From Octopus sinensis (lineage: Eukaryota): DNA of 64,000 nucleotides. The stretch is taken from the NCBI RefSeq assembly GCF_006345805.1, contig NC_042997.1, positions 178,932,001 through 178,996,000 on the forward strand, written 5' to 3'. The translations under genes were made by a program, and so were the position numbers. The notes below the pieces were generated by a model that did no database searches, was not told where the DNA came from, and was given only the letters and a program-made list of their open reading frames with translations. Of the stretch, positions 56,287-64,000 are shown piece by piece. Position 1 is the stretch's first letter, and every line of letters begins with the position of its first letter.

Positions 56287-56319
56287 TGATAATAATAATA
56301 ATAATAATAATATTTTTGA

Positions 56320-56628
56320 CACAAAGTCAGGAAGCTCGGGGAAAGGAGGGCATACATCGATTACATCGCCCCCATTGCACAACTGGTACATATTTTATCG
56401 ACCTCGAGAAAATAGAAAGCAAAGTCGACTCCAGCGGAATTTGAAATGAGAACGCAAAGACGAATAGAATACCGCTAAGCATTTAGCCCGATGTGTTAAC
56501 GATTCTGCAAGCTTACGGCCTTAATAATAATCCTTTCTACTCTAGGCACAAAAACGGAAATTCTATAGACTAGTGGATTACATCGACCCCAGTGCGTAAC
56601 TGGTACTTACTTCATCGACCCCGAAAAG
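56320..56628 (-). mobile_element. Diverged family A SINE plus second partial unit
   Basis: atcgattacatcg..ctggtac..aaagtcgactccagcggaatttg..ccgctaagcattt; second gattacatcgaccccagtgcgtaactggtac at 56577-56628. Confidence 0.8.
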
Positions 56629-57094
56629 AAAATCGGAAAACTGTTTTCTTTCTTCCGAGCCTACTAACCGAAATTTGATTTAGACAAGGTATAATTAAAA
56701 TGCACGCATAGAAAACGAGATATTACATAAATTGGGAATTACTAGAAAATAACCAGGGTGGGGTTCAGGAGAAATATGCAGAAGTAATCAAAAACAAACT
56801 GATTTGTAACTTACAGAAATGTATATAATGAAACAATAAAATAGATATTAGATGCTAATGACATTGAAGGGGGAAAATGATTGGATTGGGACAATGAAAT
56901 AAACAACAACAATGGAAACACAGAGTCAAAGTCAATATACTAAACATAAAAAGACAAGAAGGAAAATCTTTCAGTGCTCAACATTGTCACAGTACAATAA
57001 CACTTACATTTTATATTTTAGATATTGTACACAATTATTACACACTACTGTAAGACAACTTGTATTAAACATATTCTAGCAGATAATTTTTACT

Positions 57095-57285
57095 CGGGGC
57101 GGCGTACTGGCAAAACCGTCCGGAAAAATACTTAGCGGCATTTCGTTTCCTCTTTATCTTCTGAGGACAGATGTCACCGAGGTCGTCTTTGCCTTTCATT
57201 CTTTCCACTCCGCTGAGGTCGATATAATCGACTAGCCACGCACCATAAAGAAATGCTGGCCTTGTGACAAAATTTGAAACTGATA
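57095..57285 (+). mobile_element. Diverged family A SINE
   Basis: ggcggcgtactggcaaaaccg..cttagcggcatttcg..gaggtcgatataatcgact. Confidence 0.75.
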
Positions 57286-57533
57286 AATCTTTACACCATA
57301 ATACAATTTACACAGCACGTATCTATACAATTAGCTTACTGTATTATGGAGGTATTTCACAACAGAGGAGAGAAATCGCATAACGAAGTACTAAAACTAA
57401 CGACAGAAGCAATAAAAGAAACTCCATAAAACATTAAACGTAGAAGTAGCTCAATCACACGTTACCTGACGTAGGCAATGCAATACATCACACAAGAGCG
57501 AATACCAGGTCACCTACGGATGCTGTGAAAACG

Positions 57534-57572
<39 letters not shown>

Positions 57573-57785
57573 GTTGCTACTACTACTGTTGCTACTGCTG
57601 CATCCATGTTTAATAGGCTTAGGTCATCCCTTATGAAATTTTGCAAAAATTATAAGATAGGTTTTAATAGAGTGTCAGGGAAACTACTCCGCGTTTCACA
57701 GGACAGCCACAACTGATTTTAATTCGAAACTGCTGAAAAGGTATTTGTATGCAGACTGAGTGTGATACTTTATACCCATTAATTG

Positions 57786-58346
57786 TATTAGGTTGTCCGG
57801 AAAGTTCGTGCCGATTTATAGTAGCTTAACTTTCAACGTATTTCAGAACATGTTTGAGTCCATAGAAAAGGATTTGACTACACCTCCATTTAGAGCACAG
57901 TTTAAGCTATCTTTTCGTGAAAAAAGGTTTATGTTCCTATAACCTGTGTTAATTCTGTAACCCTTTAAAATGGAAGATAAGAAAATTCCTTTTAGGCACT
58001 CGATGCTTTTCTTTTTCTGTGAAGGAAAAAATGCTTCACAAGCTGTTTACGGTAATGTTTCTTTATCCGAAAGAACTGTATGGAAGTGGTTCGCAAGGTT
58101 CCGAGCTGGAGATTGTAGCCTTATTGATAATGAGCGATCAGGCAGACCATCCACTACAGATGATGACCAAATCAAATCATTAATTGAGAATAACCCACAT
58201 TGCACAACCAAAAAAATTGGCAGAAAGCCTCAACCTATCAAAATCCGTCGTTCATGAGCACCTGGTAAACCTTGGGTAATAGCATGTATTTATTGACATT
58301 CTTCTTTCTTTTAAAAATCCACATGAACTTTCCGGACAACCCAATA
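57786..58346 (+). mobile_element. Internally deleted mariner (third family) with both TIRs
   Basis: TIRs tattaggttgtccggaaagttcgtg / catgaactttccggacaacccaata with TA ends; ORF 57970-58257 has the HTH region (RTVWKWFARFRAGD.SL.D..RSGRP) but no catalytic domain. Confidence 0.95.
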
Positions 58347-58639
58347 TTATGTTAGTGGATTTTGGAAGGTACTTAGAAAAAGAAACTGGTTTTGGCTTTA
58401 AAGTTCCTTAGCTAATTAATTAATTTATTAGTTAAGCCTTTTCCGTGTTGGTTTATGAAGTTGTTAAATATATACATTGCTTTTGTTTTTGATAGTCATT
58501 TATTTTTTCATAGTTGGGTGATGTCTTGAGCATTTTTGCATTCTTTCATATTCATAATAATAATAGCTATTTCCTTAGCTTCTTTTATAACTTATTATTG
58601 TTATATAAGTCAGATATAGTTTTCCATTCCCTTCGACTA

Positions 58640-59011
58640 TTATTTAACTTCGGTTTAGTAAGTGGAATTCATTTTATGGAAGACGGCTATAAACTCATAA
58701 AATTTGCCTAGTGTTTTGTTTCTTCCTTTTGCTTTTGTCTTTCCAATGGATTGATACTTGTTTTCTTTATCGAAAATTTCTGTAAATCTTAACTTTCTAC
58801 AAATATTTGAGATTTCATCTCTTGCTTCACTGAGGTTAGAATACTGTAGCGTCGAGGTAAATTTTAGGCCGTTTGAAAGGATTTGGATTGGTACCTTTGA
58901 GAGTTTTAAATTGGAATGATTTATTATCTTAGGTATCTTGCCTTTATCTTGTACCACTGGATATCTTAAAATCTTTCTTCTGGGCTTAAAAAAATGGTTT
59001 CTGACTTTCAT
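58640..59011 (-). mobile_element. Penelope-like element N-terminal fragment
   Basis: IINHSNLKLS..ILSNGLKFT..EISNICRKLRFTEIF..KGRNKTL matches the N-terminus of the PLE at about 36130-36360 (GLKFTPTP..KGRNKAPDDF). Confidence 0.75.
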
Positions 59012-60414
59012 TTTTTGGCGCTGTGCTCCTAAGCCTGTGGTCCTATATTCTGTTTCTTACCAGTTTTATGGAATAATTGTTATCTTTTGTATATCGGAAT
59101 AAAGTCTGTTCATGTCTACAATAATTTCACATTATATGTAGATGCATACACACACACACAGACACACGCACACACACACACACACACACACATCCACACA
59201 CACATTTGTGATACGTGTTCTTGATAAGAGATTTTTCCATCATTTCACTTTAAAAAGACTAAAGATAAGATTAAGTAAAAGTTAAACTAAACAATATTAG
59301 GAAATGCGTAAAAATAATTTTCAACGTCATCATTTTATAGATGTATTAAATAGTTAGAAACCCCTTTTCAGTACAGCATACCTATAATTAAATTGGATAT
59401 TCAGTCGTGATTCTCGAATGTGTTTCAGCTTTGGAGAACACACTAATAACATCTCAGTTAGATATCAGTATTTACAGATATAGAAATATATCTGTAGATT
59501 TGTGAAAGAAATTAAATATTTCATATGAAGACAACTAGTGAATACTCTATAGTTATGATGTTAATGATGTTCTGTGAGACATACAATTACTAACAGAGAA
59601 ATAGAAGCTAATTATCTTGACATATGGATAAATGGACCGCGATATCTTTGCTAATGATACAGTTGCATGCCTTATAAAAGAATATCAGTAATGAGAATGA
59701 GATTCCTTCAACTACGCATCGTCAATGGACTCTAGAACAATACGCTTTATTATATTTCATAAGCCTAGAGTGTTATACTATTGCCAATGTATTGTCTTTA
59801 GAGGAAAATAATATTGAATATTCAAGCAGAAAAATAGACAGGTTGTAGAAAAAGGATATCTTCATAAATATATAGATTTTGAAGAAGATACTTTCACTAA
59901 TAAAGCCAATATGTATTCGCTACCATACATCTATAAATACAAATCGTTAAAACGAAAATAAAATTGAGACCCAGGGGAAATTAAAATACTTATTCTGTGA
60001 TAAAATAAAATAGAAATGATCATGAAAGATTATTTGTATTTTGTCTGACCATGTTGAAAATCCTCCTAGACGCACATGTTGCTGATTTTCTTGGCGATTA
60101 TTATGTGATATTTAATTTGGATATGTCTTTAAAAAAATGTATAAAATAATTATTGAATGAAGTGTCGATGAACCGTTTAGGGAAATGACAATATATCGAT
60201 GAGGAGCATAGAAAAGTAAGGAACTTGAAGATATCGGTTTTACTTTGCCTTTATAGAGGATGTCTTTTCTATCAGCAAATAATTTGCAGATAAAAATGAT
60301 GGATTTTACACATAAGCAAGCCATCTATGTATGATTACACTTGCCGTCATTTATTTGCGTCAATATCATGAGGAAATTGTAAAATTGTACGTAACCTGAT
60401 AGTCTTGCACTTAC

Positions 60415-60449
60415 CAGCGTCAGCAATTACTTTATAACCAGGTATTGCT
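60415..60449 (-). CDS. Candidate 35-nt micro-exon (unverified)
   Basis: Acceptor gtaacattccttag, donor CTG|gtaagt; single open frame xAIPGYKVIADAx. Confidence 0.25.
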
Positions 60450-60483
60450 CTAAGGAATGTTACATTAAACATTATATATAGTT

Positions 60484-60893
60484 GGAGTGGCTGTGTGGTA
60501 AGTAGCTTGCTTACCAACCACATAGTTCCGGGTTCAGTCCCACTGCGTGACATCTTGGGCAAGTGTCTTCTACTATAGCCTCGGGCCGACCAATACTTTG
60601 TGAGTGGATTTGGTAAACGGAAACTGAAAGAAGCCTGTCGTATATATGTATATATATATATATAAGTATGTGTGTGTCTATGTTTGTGTGTCTGTGTTTG
60701 TCTCCCTAGCATTGCTTGACAACCGATGCTGGTGTGTTTAGGTCCCCGTCACTTAGCGGTTCGGCAAAAAATAGACCGATAGAATAAGTACTGGGTTTAC
60801 AAAGAATAAGTCCCGGGGTCGATTTGCTCGACTAAAGACGGTGCTCCAGCATGGCCGCAGTCAAATGACTGAAACTAGTAAAAGAGAAAAGAG
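60484..60893 (+). mobile_element. Family B SINE
   Basis: Near-consensus full copy. Confidence 0.95.
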
Positions 60894-61744
60894 AAAGATA
60901 TATATATATATATATAACATGCCAAACAGTTGCACAGAAAAGAAGTAACCTTAAGGAAAGAAAATTCACACGTTCAGCGCTAAATATTTGTCATTAATGA
61001 ATAATCTTCGAAAAGAATACATAAGAATAAGGAAGTAAATAGATCTGTACATAAAGCTACAAAATAAAAAAAAAAAACTATTAGCGTATGAGTAATAATT
61101 AGAAAAATGTATTGTAGAAGTGGAGAAAAATATTTTAACAATGCAGTTTCCAATAGATGAGCAAGATTTCGAGGACTTTGGGAAAAAGATACTTGATTGA
61201 CTGAACAAAATTGTGAAATATATTAATGGCACTTAATAAAGAAGAATGTGAAGGGAATTAAGACGTTCTTGAAGTTACAGCCTGGGGAGTTTTCAAAACG
61301 TCTTCAATTAATGTAGAAATGAATGTGGGGAGAGAATGAATTGTGAATCGGAAAAACGAAGTGTTGAAGATGTTTAAATTAAAAAATAAGGGCACTTTCG
61401 ATGACAAAGCTGCAGGCACATATTTTATTAAGTTATGAGGTATATAATAAATCTAGTGCATATGATCTAATAAAGAGCAATCGTATAACAGCTACTTATG
61501 ATCTCAGAGTTGTCAGTGAAGAGATCATCAGCCGTGTATATCAGGCTTTTATTCCAAGAGAGAAGCATTCAAAAAGAATCAGTATCAAAATACCCGTGTA
61601 TATATAAATGGAGTTAAACGCATATTTATACATCGAAGAAAACATTGCTTTTATTCCGGAAGGAGTAAAATGATGAAAAACAATGCAATTTTCTCTTCAG
61701 GGAAAAAGAGAAACTAAACACATGAATAAGACATTTTAACCGAA

Positions 61745-62095
61745 TATGATGACTGCATGTATGATAAAGGGGACGCTGGTACGACCTTGAGAAGGAGAAC
61801 CACTCTACATAAAGAGCAAATCCGTTTCCCCCAATAAAGGCAAATTCCTCTCAGTGAACATACAGAAAAATGTGCAGATAAAATCAAATAAAAAGTTCAC
61901 AGTCTTCCCCTTCTACCAGTGCAAAGACACAATCTCTCCACAAGAACGTTTAATTAAAGAAACTTTTTTCATTGAAAAATACAGAACACGTCTTAATATG
62001 AACGCATAATCAACTTCGATCTTTTTAGATATTTCATTTCACGATTACATCACTGCACATAAATCACCTGACTAAACAACTTTTTCGAAACCCAT
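61745..62095 (+). mobile_element. Penelope-like element 3' fragment (GIY-YIG C-terminus) with downstream decayed hammerhead-like motif
   Basis: GDAGTTLRRRTTLHKEQIR..LSEH..KC / FTVFPFYQC..ERLIKETFFIEKY..RLN*, similar to 34310-34440; CTGACTA..TTCGAAAC at 62068-62091. Confidence 0.75.
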
Positions 62096-62399
62096 TTTTT
62101 GTCTGTACATATATATTCCCCCCCCCCACCGAAAGCTGAACAGATATCTCCCTTACCCACAACAATTAGAATAATAACGATAACCAATTACCTCCAATTA
62201 CTTTTCTACTTGTGAAGTCATTCACTCGTAAATATCATCACACACAACATGGACAAAATTTCTTCTTAAGAAAATACATATTCAAATAAGTAAACCATAA
62301 TATCATGAATAGCGAAAGCGAAACCGGTCAATATATTGAAAAATTTTATTAAAACTATGTAACGTGTATGTATTTTCCTTTTTTAATTCCTTATGTGTG

Positions 62400-62498
<99 letters not shown>

Positions 62499-63586
62499 AG
62501 TATATATGAGTTAGAGGTTAGACAACCATCTAAGGGATAATAATTATCCAATATGCCACTGGATGTATACCTAAATATATCCAAAAACTTACTGTTGCAA
62601 GGCAATAGTGCAATCAAATAATAGACATGTGAGGGTAAACCGAAGTTTAACCAGAATTTATAAGGCAAAGAAGAAAATGGAGAAGATCATAGATAAATTG
62701 ACTAACATCAGCTAGATCCATTTATTAATTAATTACAATCATATGAATATGAATAATTTAAAAGAATAAATAAGAATAAATGAGTGAATATAACTCTACT
62801 CGTACACAAATTTCTACTTTGTGGTTCCAGCATGCCATATTTGACACATCATACCAATATTATACAAAGATTATACAAAATTGAGCAAGAATTGGATAGA
62901 AATCAGACAAAATGTGAACCCCAGGGCTTCATAACAGAGACCATAAAGGCAAGAATTAAACAATAGTATAGTATTTGATTTAAATAAAATGTGATCTCAT
63001 AATCTCCGAGGAAATATCTTCATTTATATAGAAGATCAAAAATAAAATCGCAATCGACAAAAAGAGAAACGAACACGTAATCCAGCGAGAAAAGTATTGA
63101 AAATAACCGTTAATAGATATGGATGTATAAGCTGCATGGCATGAGTGCACTCGCTCATACAAGCATCCGTAAAAATGTAAACATACGGACTCATGATCAC
63201 ATGAGTGCACATAGCTTCACTATATACCGAAATTAGAAACAGGAGTTAAAAATTCCTTTTCTACTGCTATAAGAATCTCCATGACGGTAAACATACTTTT
63301 TACGAAGGCAAAGAGCAAGGAAATTAATCAACAAGACAAATATTAATTATATACGCGTTTCGAGATTGAAGTAATTTAAATTTTACATACTTCTCTGTTT
63401 AGTATAATATTTCCGACTTTTATAAAATTTGAAAATGCTAGGGCTGAATATGTACACAATCGAGCGTCATCATGTGACAGATATCCAACCAACACTTCAC
63501 AGATTTAGAGAGCCGAATGTGAATACACTATTCAAACACTATACTTACGTGTATGCTACGAGCAATACCGCAGAAAACTGCAGTAA

Positions 63587-63661
63587 TCTATCATGGAGTA
63601 TCTACATTAGACATACATCTTATTTGGGAAACCTCCAAATTATAGGACGAATCTTCTTACG

Positions 63662-63697
<36 letters not shown>

Positions 63698-63775
63698 ATA
63701 TATACGTAAAAAGATTCGTCTTTTAATTTGGAGGTTTTCCAAATAAGATTTCTAATATAGATTCTCCATGATAGA
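63587..63775. repeat. Imperfect palindrome (about 70-75-bp arms) centred on (TA)n
   Basis: tctatcatggag..aatcttcttacgta-(TA)n-tacgtaaaaagatt..ctccatgataga. Confidence 0.9.
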
Positions 63776-63899
63776 ATAAACCATATATATATATATATGT
63801 GGATGTATACATATATATATATATATATACAAACATATATATACAAATATATATGCAAACATATAAATAAATATGAAAGACTTGGAGTTTCCCTCTGCG

Positions 63900-63998
63900 T
63901 GATCCACGAACAAGTCTTGCCCAGAGTGCTGAGCAGTGGGACTAAGTCCGGAATCATGTGGTTAGGAAGGGAACATTGTGCCACACAGTCATGCTTGT
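63900..63998 (-). mobile_element. Family B SINE head fragment
   Basis: tcttgcccagagtg..gcagtgggactaagtccggaatcatgtggtt..ccacacagtcatgc. Confidence 0.75.
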
Positions 63999-64000
63999 GC

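Noticed and set aside
56690-56990. INWELLENNQGGVQEKYAEVIKNKL, faintly like an RTE-LINE linker
   Set aside because: Too short and degenerate to call without a search.
57466-57522. Minus-strand segment with good acceptor and CAG|gtaacg donor
   Set aside because: All three frames contain stops.

Overview
AT-rich, repeat-saturated animal genomic DNA, most likely a non-genic or intronic stretch of an octopus/cephalopod genome (inferred from my recollection of these SINE families, not from a database search). No convincing protein-coding host gene, rRNA, true tRNA gene or CRISPR array was found; almost all ORF-track entries are microsatellite translations or transposon debris. The window holds about 30 copies or fragments of three tRNA-derived SINE families, some as multimers inserted with target-site duplications. 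It also holds three distinct defective mariner elements, one long degenerate Penelope-like element (PLE) plus several PLE fragments, Helitron/DINE-like non-autonomous elements, several fold-back/MITE structures, many micro- and minisatellites and a 100-N gap. The most interesting unexplained signals are short TA-tract-associated elements with minimal hammerhead-ribozyme-like motifs, SINE multimers with an identical internal junction, palindromes centred on (TA)n tracts, and an (AAT)n-linked nested repeat. A few micro-exon candidates are listed at low confidence.
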